This document shows positions 10,349 to 20,461 of a DNA stretch of 64,000 nucleotides, in pieces (position 1 is the first letter of the stretch; every line of letters begins with the position of its first letter). The DNA comes from Candidatus Multivoradales bacterium. GTDB taxonomy: Bacteria > Acidobacteriota > Thermoanaerobaculia > Multivoradales > Multivoraceae. The notes under the pieces were generated by a model, which was not told the DNA's origin, made no database searches, and worked only from the letters and a program-made list of their open reading frames with translations. The stretch lies in the NCBI GenBank assembly GCA_965223325.1, contig CBDCWI010000001.1:128001-192000 (forward strand). Reading direction: 5' to 3'. The position numbers were made by a program, and so were the translations under genes.

Positions 10349-11269
10349 CTAGACCACGTTCTGCACTTGCTCCCGCAGTTGCTCGCAGAAGACCTTACCC
10401 TCCACCACCGCGTGGGTGATGCCAGCATCACGCGATTTCGCTCCCATGGTGTTGAGCTCACGGAGAATCTCCTGCGCCAGGAAGTCAAGGCGTTTGCCCA
10501 CCAGCCGATCGCCCGCCATCGACGTTCTGAAGTGTTCGAGATGGACGGTGAGGCGATCGAGCTCCTCTTGGATGTTGGCGCGTTCGCTGTGGTGGGCGAT
10601 CTCCTGCTCGAGCCGGCCCGTATCGAGAGCAAACGACGAGTCTTCGCCCAGGCTCTCGGCGACGAGCGCTCGGATGCGGGCTCTCGTGCTCTCCCGAATC
10701 TCTCTACGCACCGCCTGCCAACGGCGCTCGATCTCTGCTCCAACCGCGCTGAGGTCGCCGAGAATGCGCTCGAGGACCTCTGCCAGGTCCCGACCTTCAC
10801 GCTCGCGGGCTCGTTCGAGGTTTTTCGCTGCCTCCGAGACCGCAGCTTCGAGCGCCGCCTCTTCCGCGTCGCCCCACGCTGGTGCATCGCTGTCGTGGGA
10901 AAGAACCCCCGGAACGGCAAGCAGCTCGGCCAGGGTCAAGGCACGTTTGTCGAGCCAGGCGACTTCGGGAAGCGTGGCGTACAAAGCACCGACTCGGTCG
11001 ACCATTCGCGAATCGAGCCGCGGTCGATCCCGACTCGCGCTTGGCGAAGCAATCTCAATCGACGCCTCGATGCGACCACGATCGAAGCGTTTCTCGAGCA
11101 ACCTCCGAACCGGGTCTTGCAGCTGCTTCCAGGGGTCGCGCAGGCGAACGACCAGATCCTCGAAACGGTGGTTCACCGCCCGCAGAGCAACCTGGATCTC
11201 GTAGTGCGGAGTCGAAGCGGATCCCTCACCGAATCCGGTCATGCTGCGCAGCTGTTGCTCGGAAGTCAT
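10349..11269 (-). CDS. yicC: YicC/YloC family endoribonuclease
   Basis: SMTGFG, VNHRF, EELDRL and GKRLDFLAQEILRELNTMGAKS; upstream of gmk. Confidence 0.93.
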   Translation of the reverse strand: MTSEQQLRSMTGFGEGSASTPHYEIQVALRAVNHRFEDLVVRLRDPWKQLQDPVRRLLEKRFDRGRIEASIEIASPSASRDRPRLDSRMVDRVGALYATLPEVAWLDKRALTLAELLAVPGVLSHDSDAPAWGDAEEAALEAAVSEAAKNLERAREREGRDLAEVLERILGDLSAVGAEIERRWQAVRREIRESTRARIRALVAESLGEDSSFALDTGRLEQEIAHHSERANIQEELDRLTVHLEHFRTSMAGDRLVGKRLDFLAQEILRELNTMGAKSRDAGITHAVVEGKVFCEQLREQVQNVV

Positions 11270-11281
11270 CGCGGTTGCTCC

Positions 11282-12505
11282 TCAGATAGACCCAGGCGCA
11301 CTCGAAACCTGCGCCAGGTCGTCGAGGATGACCTCCGCGGCGCGCCCACTCGCTCCCGACTCGCCGAGGGCGCCCCGCACCTGGCGAAGCGCTGTCGTGA
11401 TCTCAGCGAGGGCGCCTGGCGTCGTTGTCAGGCGGCGAACCTCGCTGGCGATACGCGGGCCGCTCGCCTCGCCCTGTAGCAACTCCGGAACGACTCCGCG
11501 ACCGAGGACCAGGTTCACCAACGAGATGTGCGGTAGATCGACCAGAAGGCGCGCCAACAGATAGGTCGAAGCGGCGACCCGGTAGACGACCACCATCGGG
11601 GTCTCACACATTCCGACCTCGAGGGTTGCCGTACCGGAAGCGCAGATCGCCAGATCCGCTGCCCGAATCGCGCGGAAGCGATCATTCTCCTCGACCCTCC
11701 AGTCGAGGCGTCCGGCGTCTCGCTCCCGGGCGAGCGCCGTGTGCTGCCCGAGCAGTTTCTCGACCAGAGCCTCGCTGACCGACGGTGCGCGCACCAGCAC
11801 GGCAGACACGGCCTGATCCTTCGCCAGCCGGGCCACCGCCTCGAGCATCGGCGGAAACAGTGCCCGCACCTCGCTGTCGCGCGAGCCCGGTAGAAGCACC
11901 AGTCGAAGCTCCTCACTTGCGGAACGCTGTTCGGTTTCGCTGTTGCCCTCTAGCCTTGGCGGCAACACGGGCACCTGGTCGACCAGCGGGTGGCCGACGT
12001 GGGTCACCCGCACGTCGTGCCGCTCGTAGAACTCTGCCTCGAACGGAAACAGAACCAGCATGTGGTGCACATCCCGGGCGATCGCGTGCACCCGGCGCTT
12101 TCGCCAGGCCCAGACCTGCGGCGAGATGTAGTAGAAGACCGGCACGCCCATGCGTGTGAGCTTGCGCGCCAGCCGCAGGTTGAAGTCAGGCGCATCAATG
12201 AGGATCGCAGCATCGGGGCGCTTCGCCTCGGCGCGCTCGAGAAGCGCATCGAAGATTCTCTTCGCGCTGCGCAGAATCCGCGCTACTTCGGCGATGCCGA
12301 CAACCGCGATCTCGCGACTGTCGGCGAGAGCATCAAAGCCTTCGCTCGACATCTGGTCGCTTCCGAGTCCCCACGCTTCGATCTCGTGACCGTGCTGCCC
12401 CGCACGACCGCGAAGCTCTCTGAGCAGGTGTGCGCCATGCAGGTCGCCCGATGCCTCGCCGGCGACCATCAAGAGCGACAGCCGACGCGCCGCAGGTGCG
12501 CTCAC
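11282..12505 (-). CDS. lpxB: Lipid-A-disaccharide synthase
   Basis: AGEASGDLHG, IDAPDFNL, YISPQVWAWR, LLPGSR and SGTATLE; start approximate. Confidence 0.93.
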   Translation of the reverse strand: MSAPAARRLSLLMVAGEASGDLHGAHLLRELRGRAGQHGHEIEAWGLGSDQMSSEGFDALADSREIAVVGIAEVARILRSAKRIFDALLERAEAKRPDAAILIDAPDFNLRLARKLTRMGVPVFYYISPQVWAWRKRRVHAIARDVHHMLVLFPFEAEFYERHDVRVTHVGHPLVDQVPVLPPRLEGNSETEQRSASEELRLVLLPGSRDSEVRALFPPMLEAVARLAKDQAVSAVLVRAPSVSEALVEKLLGQHTALARERDAGRLDWRVEENDRFRAIRAADLAICASGTATLEVGMCETPMVVVYRVAASTYLLARLLVDLPHISLVNLVLGRGVVPELLQGEASGPRIASEVRRLTTTPGALAEITTALRQVRGALGESGASGRAAEVILDDLAQVSSAPGSI

Positions 12506-12507
12506 GT

Positions 12508-12693
12508 TCAGGAGCCGGGCGGACCTGCAGGAAACGGATACATCAACCAACCGAGGGCCAGCGCTCCAATCATCATGGCGCCGAAGAGCTGCATGAAGAT
12601 GCGCACCTGCGCCGGCCGCGTTCGTCGCCAGAGAAGCGAGAAGAACAGGCTCACCTGAAACGCATACAAGGTCATGAGCAGAAAGTGACTCAT
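12508..12693 (-). CDS. Small two-TM hypothetical protein
   Basis: Hydrophobic 61-aa ORF MSHFLLMTLYAF...WLMYPFP that fills the operon gap. Confidence 0.6.
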   Translation of the reverse strand: MSHFLLMTLYAFQVSLFFSLLWRRTRPAQVRIFMQLFGAMMIGALALGWLMYPFPAGPPGS

Positions 12694-12697
12694 CGCT

Positions 12698-13111
12698 TCA
12701 GTCCTTGACTCCACGCGCAATGTCCCAGGCGTCGAGAATGAGGAGCAGATTCATCAGGCCAGCGGTCGTGATGAAGGCCGCGCCATACTCCCAGCCAGGC
12801 CCCAGCATGTCGCCCTGATAGGCGAAACCAAAGCGCAAAACGAAGTACGGTAGGCCCATTCCCATGCAGGCCAGGGTGGCCAAAGTGCTGATGGGGTTGC
12901 CTTCAGCCATCACCCACAGTCGCCCTTCGAGGGCGACGCCGACGATGAGCGAAACCAGAACCAGGCAGAAAAAGGAGATCGCCCGCCGGCGCCGGCCGAG
13001 GTACAGATGGCCGGCTCCGGGAACGATCCAGGCGAACAGTACGGCGACCAGCGGTATGGTGCCGCGGCGCACTTCCACCTCGCTCGTTTCGGACATCTCG
13101 GTTGCACTCAT
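12698..13111 (-). CDS. DUF6677-like membrane protein
   Basis: AWIVPGAGHLYLGR and AGLMNLLLILDAWD. Confidence 0.7.
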   Translation of the reverse strand: MSATEMSETSEVEVRRGTIPLVAVLFAWIVPGAGHLYLGRRRRAISFFCLVLVSLIVGVALEGRLWVMAEGNPISTLATLACMGMGLPYFVLRFGFAYQGDMLGPGWEYGAAFITTAGLMNLLLILDAWDIARGVKD

Positions 13112-13167
13112 CGTCTCACTCGCGGCGACTCGACTTCACCGGTTTCAGGAACCGACGAGGTGCACTC

Positions 13168-13503
13168 TCAGTCTTCGTCGGTGTTGAGGAGTTCGCGAAG
13201 CTGCTTGCCCGGCTTGAAGTAGGGAATGCGTTTCGACGGCACCTGAACTTGGGCTCCCGTCTTGGGATTGCGACCGACGCGCGAGCCACGTCTGCGAACC
13301 CGGAAACTTCCAAAGCCACGCAGCTCGATCTTGTCTCCGTCTTTGAGCGAGTCCACCATGCTCTCGAACACAGTGTTGACGATCTGCTCAGCGTGCTTCT
13401 TGGTCAGGTCTGTCGTGCGAGCTACTTCTTCGATCAACTCCGCCTTGGTCATGCCGCTTTTGCTCAACGCCCGGATGGCCGCGACTCCACTCTCGTTGCT
13501 CAC
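13168..13503 (-). CDS. ihfB: Integration host factor beta / HU family DNA-binding protein
   Basis: MTKAELI, IELRGFGSF, GRNPKTG and PYFKPGK; follows rpsA; GGAGG precedes the GTG. Confidence 0.85.
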   Translation of the reverse strand: MSNESGVAAIRALSKSGMTKAELIEEVARTTDLTKKHAEQIVNTVFESMVDSLKDGDKIELRGFGSFRVRRRGSRVGRNPKTGAQVQVPSKRIPYFKPGKQLRELLNTDED

Positions 13504-13554
13504 ACTGTCCTCCTATGAATGAAGCACCACAGTTCGAACGGACAGTATGAACCG

Positions 13555-13580
13555 AAACCCCCTCTCTCGAAAAGGGGGAA
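13555..13580 (-). terminator. Putative intrinsic terminator after rpsA
   Basis: Minus-strand hairpin CCCCCTTT-TCGA-GAGAGGGGG followed by TTT, just past the rpsA stop. Confidence 0.45.
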
Positions 13581-13587
13581 TGGAGAC

Positions 13588-15552
13588 TTATTCCTCTTCT
13601 TCGTCCTTCGACGCGGAAGATGCGGCATCTTCGGAGTCCTCAGGAGGCGTTTCCGCGGCCGCTTCCGGCTCTTCTTCGGAGGCAGCCGCTTCCTCGGCAG
13701 GCGGGGCGTCGTCTTCGCTGGATTCTGGAGGAGTGGCATCAGAAGCCCCGGCGGCTGGAAGAGCAGCTTCTTCGGTGGCGTCCGAAGCGGCCTCCTCGGC
13801 TTCAGAAGCAGACTCCTCCGAAGTCGCCTCAGCGTCAACTGCTTCGCCGTCTTCGGTGACGGTGGCCTCTTCTGGCACTTCTTCTGGCACACCGCGCTCG
13901 GCGATCAAAGCCGCAATCTCTTCCTCGGTGGGCTGTGAGACACCACGCATGGTGAGACCGACTTTCTTTTCGTCGTCTTCGATGCGAAGGATGCGGGCGC
14001 GCAACCAGTCACCAACGGAATAGTGATCCTCGAGGCGGCCGGGCGGCACATCGATCTCAGAGACGTGCGCAAGACCTTCGAGGCCGTCGTAGATGTCGAC
14101 GAAGAGTCCGAAGTCGGTGACGTTGACGACCCGACCTTCGACGTCGTCGCCGACGTTGTGCGAGTCCATGAAGTCCTGCCACTCGTTGGGAAGGAACTCC
14201 TTGATCGACAGCGAAACCCGCTGGTTGCCAACGTCGATATTGGTGATCCGCGCCTTGACGACATCGCCCTTGTTGAGGATTTCGCTGGGGTGCTTGACCC
14301 GCTTGGTCCAGCTCATGTCCGAGACGTGGATGAGGCCATCGATATCCTCGGTAATCTCGACAAAAGCCCCGAATTCAGTGAGGTTGCGGACTGCGCCCTC
14401 GATGATCGTGCCGACCGGGAAGCGCGTCGCCAGGTCTTCCCAGGGGTTGGTTTCGGTGCGCCGCAGCGACAGCGAGATACGCCGCTGCTGCATGTCGAGC
14501 TCCGAGACGATGGCCTGGACTTCGTCGCCGACACTGAGGATCTTCGACGGCGAAACGACCTTCTTGGTCCACGACATTTCGCTGACATGAATCAGACCCT
14601 CGACGCCCTCCTCGATCTCGACGAACGCACCGTAGTCGACCAGGCTGACGACCTTGCCGTTGACCCGTGAGCCGAGCGGGTACTTCTTGTCGACCAGGTT
14701 CCAGGGGTCGTCGCCCTTCTGCTTGTAACCCAGCGAAACGCGTTCGGTCTCGGGATCGAACTTCAGGATCACCACTTCCAGGTCGTCACCGATCTGGAAG
14801 TGCTCGGACGGATGGTTGACGCGTCCCCACGAGATGTCGGTGATGTGCAGGAGACCGTCGATGCCTCCGAGGTCGACGAAAGCACCGTAGTCGGTGATGT
14901 TCTTGACCACACCCGGGAGGCGAACACCTTCCTTGAGCTTGGTGAGGGTTTCGGCCTTCTTCTTCTCGTACTCCTTCTCGAGCACCGCCTTGCGCGAGAG
15001 GACGATGTTGTTGCGCCGGCGATCGAGGCTGATGACTTTGAACTCGAGCTCCTCGCCTTTGAGCGACTCGAGATGCTTGATCGGCTTGATGTCGACGAGC
15101 GAACCGGGCAAGAAAGCGCGCAAACCGACGTCGACGGTGAGACCGCCCTTGATGCGATCGACGACGCGGCCCATGATGATCGAGTTCTCTTTGAAGGCCT
15201 CTTCGATCTTCGACCAGGTCTTCATTTTGTCGGCACGTGTCTTGGAGATGACGATCGTGCCGTCGGCGCCCTCGACCTGCTCGAGGAGCACCTCGACTTC
15301 GTCGCCGACATCGACTGACAGCCCGCCCTCGCGCGAGCTGAACTCGTGGTTCTGCACCAGGCCTTCGGACTTGTAGCCGATGTCGATGACGACTTCATTG
15401 TTGGTAAAGCCGATGACGGTGCCGCGCACGATCTCACCCTCGGTGAGGTGGCGCATGCTGTCGTCGTACATCTCGACGAGCTGTTCGTAGCTCATGCCTT
15501 CGGTGCTGGTGGCCCCGGGAGTCTGTTCAGGTGTCTGGTCGGTTGTTTCCAT
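13588..15552 (-). CDS. rpsA: 30S ribosomal protein S1 with acidic C-terminal tail
   Basis: Six S1 repeats (DIGYKSEG, AFLPGS, YGAFVDLGGIDGLLH, EGVEGLIHVSEMSW); start trimmed to METTDQ. Confidence 0.95.
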   Translation of the reverse strand: METTDQTPEQTPGATSTEGMSYEQLVEMYDDSMRHLTEGEIVRGTVIGFTNNEVVIDIGYKSEGLVQNHEFSSREGGLSVDVGDEVEVLLEQVEGADGTIVISKTRADKMKTWSKIEEAFKENSIIMGRVVDRIKGGLTVDVGLRAFLPGSLVDIKPIKHLESLKGEELEFKVISLDRRRNNIVLSRKAVLEKEYEKKKAETLTKLKEGVRLPGVVKNITDYGAFVDLGGIDGLLHITDISWGRVNHPSEHFQIGDDLEVVILKFDPETERVSLGYKQKGDDPWNLVDKKYPLGSRVNGKVVSLVDYGAFVEIEEGVEGLIHVSEMSWTKKVVSPSKILSVGDEVQAIVSELDMQQRRISLSLRRTETNPWEDLATRFPVGTIIEGAVRNLTEFGAFVEITEDIDGLIHVSDMSWTKRVKHPSEILNKGDVVKARITNIDVGNQRVSLSIKEFLPNEWQDFMDSHNVGDDVEGRVVNVTDFGLFVDIYDGLEGLAHVSEIDVPPGRLEDHYSVGDWLRARILRIEDDEKKVGLTMRGVSQPTEEEIAALIAERGVPEEVPEEATVTEDGEAVDAEATSEESASEAEEAASDATEEAALPAAGASDATPPESSEDDAPPAEEAAASEEEPEAAAETPPEDSEDAASSASKDEEEE

Positions 15553-16147
15553 GTCTTTTGCCTTCATTCGAAGCCGGTTCTGCCGGTGCTTCGAGACTTC
15601 TGTTTTGCCGGGGTCTCCAGTGGAGCCGCGGCGGTCGTGAATGGTTGAATGCGTACGCTCGACTGCGACTTGCGGAGTCCTGTGTGCCAAGCCGGCGGGA
15701 TAGGCGTGCCAGGGCCTACCGAGTCGATGGACGGCGAGAAAACGGCCGTTGATTTGTGCGACGAAAACCCCTCGATTCGGAGGTCTTGGAGGGCCACGCA
15801 CCCAGCTCACGCAAGCATTGCGCCAAGTGGTACGGGCTAACCCGGCAAGGTCGACACGCTTTGCCGTTCTACTGATCGCCGGCCTGTCCCGAACGCCCCT
15901 TCAACAGCGCCCGCGGCTCAGGTCTCGTCTGCGTTTCAGTGGCGGCCTCTCTGGAGAGCCACCGCGCGAACGACTCGGGCTGCTTCGTCGCGAAGCATCC
16001 GGAGCGGGCCTCGATCAGCAGCCAGCGAGTCCAACGAGTGGAAACCCCTGACAGCTCATCGATGTCCCTGTGGGGCGAGTATAGAGAGGGCTTCGACCGA
16101 CTGTCAACGCGGCCCCGGTCTCCTCAGAATGCCCTCGAGAGGCCCCT

Positions 16148-16180
16148 CTGTGCTGTGTGCTGTGTGCTGTGTGCTGTGTC
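16148..16180. repeat. 7-bp tandem repeat (CTGTGTG) x about 4 abutting the queG stop
   Basis: ctgtg ctgtgtg ctgtgtg ctgtgtg ctgtgtc. Confidence 0.8.
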
Positions 16181-17360
16181 AGACGCCGTCGTCTCCCCCA
16201 GCCTTTTCTCTCAGGCACTCGAGCGCCCAGGCGGCGTGGCTTCTCACCGTCTCGTCCTCGTCGTCGGTGGCCGCCGCCGCCAGCGCCTCGCGATAGCCGC
16301 TGCGGTCGCCGTAGTGTGCCATGGCGAGGGCCGCGTTGCGCTTGAGCCCTTCGAGGCGCGCCCGCTTCATCGGACTACGGCGGAAGCGTTCGGTGTACTC
16401 CTCGCGCGTCATCGCCAGAAGCTGCACTAGATCGAGCTCACGGCGGTGCCCGGGAAGGGCAAGGGCAGCGGTCATCGAGTCACTCGTTGAATCGGGTGCG
16501 GCAGGCTGGCTGGCCGAACTCGCCTTGCGCGGTTCGTTCCAGGGGCACACCTCCTGGCAGATGTCGCACCCGAAAACCCAGCCCTGCAGCTGGTCGCGCA
16601 TTGCGAGCGGAATCGCACCGCGATGCTCGATCGTCCAATACGAAATGCACCGGCGCGCGTCGAGGCGAAACGGTTCGGGCAGAGCACCGGTTGGACAGGC
16701 GTCGAGGCAACGGGTGCAGGCGCCGCACATGTCGAGCGGCGGCAGTTTGTCGCCGGCGGGAGGGAGAACCGTGTCGAGCTCGAGACTGGTCACGATCGCT
16801 CCCAGTAGAAACCACGAACCACGCCGCGATAGAAGCATCGTGTTCTTGCCGGGGCGCCCGAGACCGGCAGCTTCGGCCACCTCGCGCTCGAGAAGCGGCC
16901 CCGTATCGACATAGCGGCGGGTCAGGACCGTTGGGAACACCTCCTGGATCTTCTCTTCGATGCGTTCGAGCCGCTTCTCCATCAGTGTGTGGTAGTCGTC
17001 ACCGCGGGCGTAGCGCGCCACTCCCTGCCACAGGTCGGACTCGCGCTCGCGGCGTTCGCCGTTGGCGCCTTCGCCATGCGCGAGGGGCCAGTAGTCGAGA
17101 GCCACGACGACGGCGGAGCGGGCGGCCCCATGGAGCAGCTGGCGCGGGTCACTTCGCAGAGCAACCCGACGCTCGAGCCATGCCATCGCCGCGTGATCGC
17201 CACGCTCGAGCCAACGCACCAGGTGGCCCCGGTGACGGCTGGGGGCAAGCGTTGCGACTCCGACGTCGCTATACCCCTCCGCTCGGGCACACCGCGAGAC
17301 CAGCGCCACAAACTGGTCCTCGGCAGGGTCGGCCGAAGCGCTCTGCCCCGCGTCGGTCAC
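16179..17360 (-). CDS. queG: Epoxyqueuosine reductase
   Basis: RYARGDDYH, VDTGPLLER, CGACTRCLDACPT, RCISYWTIE and FGCDICQEVCPWN. Confidence 0.95.
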   Translation of the reverse strand: MTDAGQSASADPAEDQFVALVSRCARAEGYSDVGVATLAPSRHRGHLVRWLERGDHAAMAWLERRVALRSDPRQLLHGAARSAVVVALDYWPLAHGEGANGERRERESDLWQGVARYARGDDYHTLMEKRLERIEEKIQEVFPTVLTRRYVDTGPLLEREVAEAAGLGRPGKNTMLLSRRGSWFLLGAIVTSLELDTVLPPAGDKLPPLDMCGACTRCLDACPTGALPEPFRLDARRCISYWTIEHRGAIPLAMRDQLQGWVFGCDICQEVCPWNEPRKASSASQPAAPDSTSDSMTAALALPGHRRELDLVQLLAMTREEYTERFRRSPMKRARLEGLKRNAALAMAHYGDRSGYREALAAAATDDEDETVRSHAAWALECLREKAGGDDGV

Positions 17361-17926
17361 CAGGATTCCGCTTCGACCCGCGCACGACCTGGCGCCCCGC
17401 GTACCAGATGCCAGTAGGTCGATGGGTGTTCGTCGTCGTCACCGGCCGGGCAGAAACGCGCCTCGACAACCCTCCAGCCCGTCAGATCGAGCTCGAGGAC
17501 CGCGTCACCCACCATCTCTGCTTGAACGCGCGTCAAGTGAAGCACTTCGACGGCAGGCAGACACTCCTCGTAGAGCGAAACCCCGCCGGCAACGAAGACG
17601 GTCGCACCGGCCGGCCCGAAGCCTGCCTCGATGCGCGCCAAGGCCCCGCTTACGTCACGTTCGGTCACCACCCGCTCTGCCAATCGGGTACCCGCCGGCT
17701 CACGCCGCGTCAAGACGACGATGTGACGCCCGGGCAGCGGCCGACCGATCGACTCCCAGGTGCGGCGCCCCATCAACAGCACATGCCCGGTGGTCAGGGC
17801 ACGGAACCTCTTCAGATCAGATGACAAGTGCCACGGAAGATCACCGTCGCGCCCGATGACGCCGTTATGAGCCATCGCCACGATCGCGGCGAGAGGCGGA
17901 GAGTCGGTGGCGTCGTCGTTCTTCAA
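17357..17926 (-). CDS. folA: Dihydrofolate reductase
   Basis: [21 protein letters not shown] and [16 protein letters not shown]; TTG start overlapping the thyA stop inferred. Confidence 0.9.
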   Translation of the reverse strand: MKNDDATDSPPLAAIVAMAHNGVIGRDGDLPWHLSSDLKRFRALTTGHVLLMGRRTWESIGRPLPGRHIVVLTRREPAGTRLAERVVTERDVSGALARIEAGFGPAGATVFVAGGVSLYEECLPAVEVLHLTRVQAEMVGDAVLELDLTGWRVVEARFCPAGDDDEHPSTYWHLVRGAPGRARVEAESW

Positions 17927-18717
17927 ACGGCGACCGGTGCCTTGATGTGCGGGTGAGGCTCGTAGTCCGACAACGAGAAGTGAGGCCAGTCGAAGTCTTG
18001 GAGCCGGATTACCCCGGGATCGAGCGTCATCGTCGGCAGCGCCCGCGGTGTGCGCTCGAGCTGTTTTCGTGCCTGGTCGAGGTGGTTGCTGTAGAGATGG
18101 GCGTCGCCGAGGGTGTGCACGAAATCCCCCAGCTCGAGACCGGTGACCTGGGCAATCATCATCGTGAGCAACGCGTACGAGGCGATATTGAACGGTACTC
18201 CGAGGAAGATGTCGGCACTGCGCTGATAGAGCTGGCACGACAACCGCCCGTTCACGACCCAGAACTGAAACAGCGCGTGACACGGCGGCAGCGCCATGTT
18301 CTCGACATCGGCCGGGTTCCAAGCGGTGACCATCAGACGACGTGAGTTCGGATTCGTTCGGATCTGCTCGACGACCTCTGCGATCTGATCGATCGTGCTG
18401 CCGTCGCGCGCCGGCCACGAGCGCCACTGGTAGCCATAGACCGGCCCTAGATCGCCGTTCTCATCGGCCCACTCATCCCAGATCGAAACCCCATTCTCTT
18501 TGAGGTACTCGATGTTGGTTTCGCCGCGAAGAAACCACAGCAACTCGTAGACGATCGAGCGCAGGTGGAGCTTCTTGGTGGTGAGGAGAGGAAACCCCTC
18601 CGCCAGGTCGAAGCGCATCTGGTGACCGAAGAGCGACAGGGTACCGGTACCCGTACGGTCGCCCTTGGGACTTCCTTCGTCGAGAACGCGAGTCAGGAGA
18701 TCGAGGTATTGCTGCAC
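17923..18717 (-). CDS. thyA: Thymidylate synthase
   Basis: [21 protein letters not shown] and [18 protein letters not shown]; GTG start at 18717. Confidence 0.97.
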   Translation of the reverse strand: MQQYLDLLTRVLDEGSPKGDRTGTGTLSLFGHQMRFDLAEGFPLLTTKKLHLRSIVYELLWFLRGETNIEYLKENGVSIWDEWADENGDLGPVYGYQWRSWPARDGSTIDQIAEVVEQIRTNPNSRRLMVTAWNPADVENMALPPCHALFQFWVVNGRLSCQLYQRSADIFLGVPFNIASYALLTMMIAQVTGLELGDFVHTLGDAHLYSNHLDQARKQLERTPRALPTMTLDPGVIRLQDFDWPHFSLSDYEPHPHIKAPVAV

Positions 18718-18904
18718 GCCCCCGATGATAGGGCCTCGGGCCGGCCGGGTGGAAGGTCGTCGATCTGTGGACAAGAGCCCGCTGCGCGAAAACGACCCCC
18801 GAACTCATCGGCTCTTGGGATGAGAACATCGAACACAACTTGGAGGCTCCTGCTTTCTGCGAGTACGTTGGGCCGGCTGGCGGGCCTGGCTGTAGGCTCG
18901 CACC

Positions 18905-20416
18905 ATGCACGAACCGTTCAACCGTCGGCGCTTCCTGACCTCGCTGGCTGCGACCGGCGCTCTGCTCCTGAACGCACGAGGCAGTCGAGAGCTGTTCGCA
19001 GAGGCCAGCGATACGCCCTCGAACCTCGACTGGTTCCTGAACGCACGCTACGGCCTGTTCATCCACTGGGGCCCCTACGCAGTGGCTGGTGTCGAGGCGT
19101 CGTGGCCGCTGATGGTGCCCGGGCTCACCGCGGCGATCGGACCGGACCAGTTGATCGCCCAGGCGGACTACGAGGCACTGGCAGAACGCTTCGATCCGCA
19201 GGAGTTCGATGCGCGAGAGTGGGTCCGTTTCGCGGAGCGCGCCGGCATGCGCTACATGGTCATCACCGCCAAGCATCACGACGGTTACTGCCTGTTCGAC
19301 TCCCCGAGCACGAACTACAAGATCACCAGGAAGGCCAGCGGTCGCGACCTGTTGCTCGAGCTGGCCGAGGCATGCGCCGAAGCATCGTTTCCGCTCGGCT
19401 TCTACTACTCGCCGCCCGACATGCACCACCCCGGCTACCGCGACACGACCCGACCGGTGATCGAGAACTGGATGGGAGAACCCGATCGACCCGAGTGGTC
19501 TCTGTATCTCGATGCCATGGAGGCGGATCTCGAAAAGCTCCTCACCGACTACGGCGACGTCGCGATCGTCTGGTTCGATGGCCTCTTCGACCATGCGCGC
19601 TACGACCCGCCGCGCTTACACCGCTTGATTCGGAGGCTCCAGCCGCAGACGCTCATCAACGACCGGCTGGGTAGAGAGCTCGGCGACTACATCACCCCCG
19701 AGCAGAACGTTCCCGAGGGAGTCCCTGTCCGCCCCGAGAGCCCGCCGCCCGCGGTCACGGCAGAGCAGTTCGAGTTCTTCATTCGCTTACTCGCGTCGGG
19801 AACCGACCCCGAAGCATTGGCGCGCAGCCTCGCCGAGGTCCAACGCGAGCGGATGCCAACCGCGGTCCATCCCGACCCCACGCGCTTCCAGCCCTGGGAA
19901 ACCTGCATGACGCTGGGTGTCACCTGGGCCCATGATCCGAAGGAGCGCCTCATGAAGTCCGCCGAAACGGTCGCACGCACTCTGGTTGAGGTCACCAGCC
20001 GTGGCGGCAACCTGCTGCTCAACGTCGGGCCCATGGCCGACGGCCGCTTTCCGTCCGCAGCCCAAGAACGGCTCCACACGGTCGGGCGCTGGCTCAGAGA
20101 GATCGGTTCGGCCATCTACGGCACAACCTACGGTCCGCTGCAGGGTCATGGCGCGGTGCGCACGACCATCAGCCGCGATGACCAACGCCTCTTCGTGCAC
20201 GTCCTCGAGCAACCCCGGGCTGGCAGCGTTCGCCTAGCAGGCGCCGGTTCGCTCATTGAGACACGCGGCGCGACCCGGGCACGGAGGGTTGGCGCGTCTC
20301 CCGGCGCACCAGCAGTCGAGCTGGCCTTTGACGGCGAAGACGTGGTCTTCGACATCGAGAAGATCTCTCCGGGCCCTGAGTTGCCGATCAACCTGCCGAG
20401 TTTCGAGCTCCTCTGA
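18905..20416 (+). CDS. Tat-exported alpha-L-fucosidase (GH29)
   Basis: NRRRFL Tat motif; GLFIHWG, TAKHHDG, WFDG, INDR, WETCMT and GGNLLLNVGP. Confidence 0.9.
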   Translation: MHEPFNRRRFLTSLAATGALLLNARGSRELFAEASDTPSNLDWFLNARYGLFIHWGPYAVAGVEASWPLMVPGLTAAIGPDQLIAQADYEALAERFDPQEFDAREWVRFAERAGMRYMVITAKHHDGYCLFDSPSTNYKITRKASGRDLLLELAEACAEASFPLGFYYSPPDMHHPGYRDTTRPVIENWMGEPDRPEWSLYLDAMEADLEKLLTDYGDVAIVWFDGLFDHARYDPPRLHRLIRRLQPQTLINDRLGRELGDYITPEQNVPEGVPVRPESPPPAVTAEQFEFFIRLLASGTDPEALARSLAEVQRERMPTAVHPDPTRFQPWETCMTLGVTWAHDPKERLMKSAETVARTLVEVTSRGGNLLLNVGPMADGRFPSAAQERLHTVGRWLREIGSAIYGTTYGPLQGHGAVRTTISRDDQRLFVHVLEQPRAGSVRLAGAGSLIETRGATRARRVGASPGAPAVELAFDGEDVVFDIEKISPGPELPINLPSFELL

Positions 20417-20461
20417 GGACTGGCTGTAAGGCATTTCGGCCACCCCCCGTCTTAAAGGGGT

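Noticed and set aside
15810-16150. Hairpin-rich gap between queG and rpsA as an ncRNA
   Set aside because: Only short local stems, not clearly above expectation for this GC content; may simply be promoter/leader sequence
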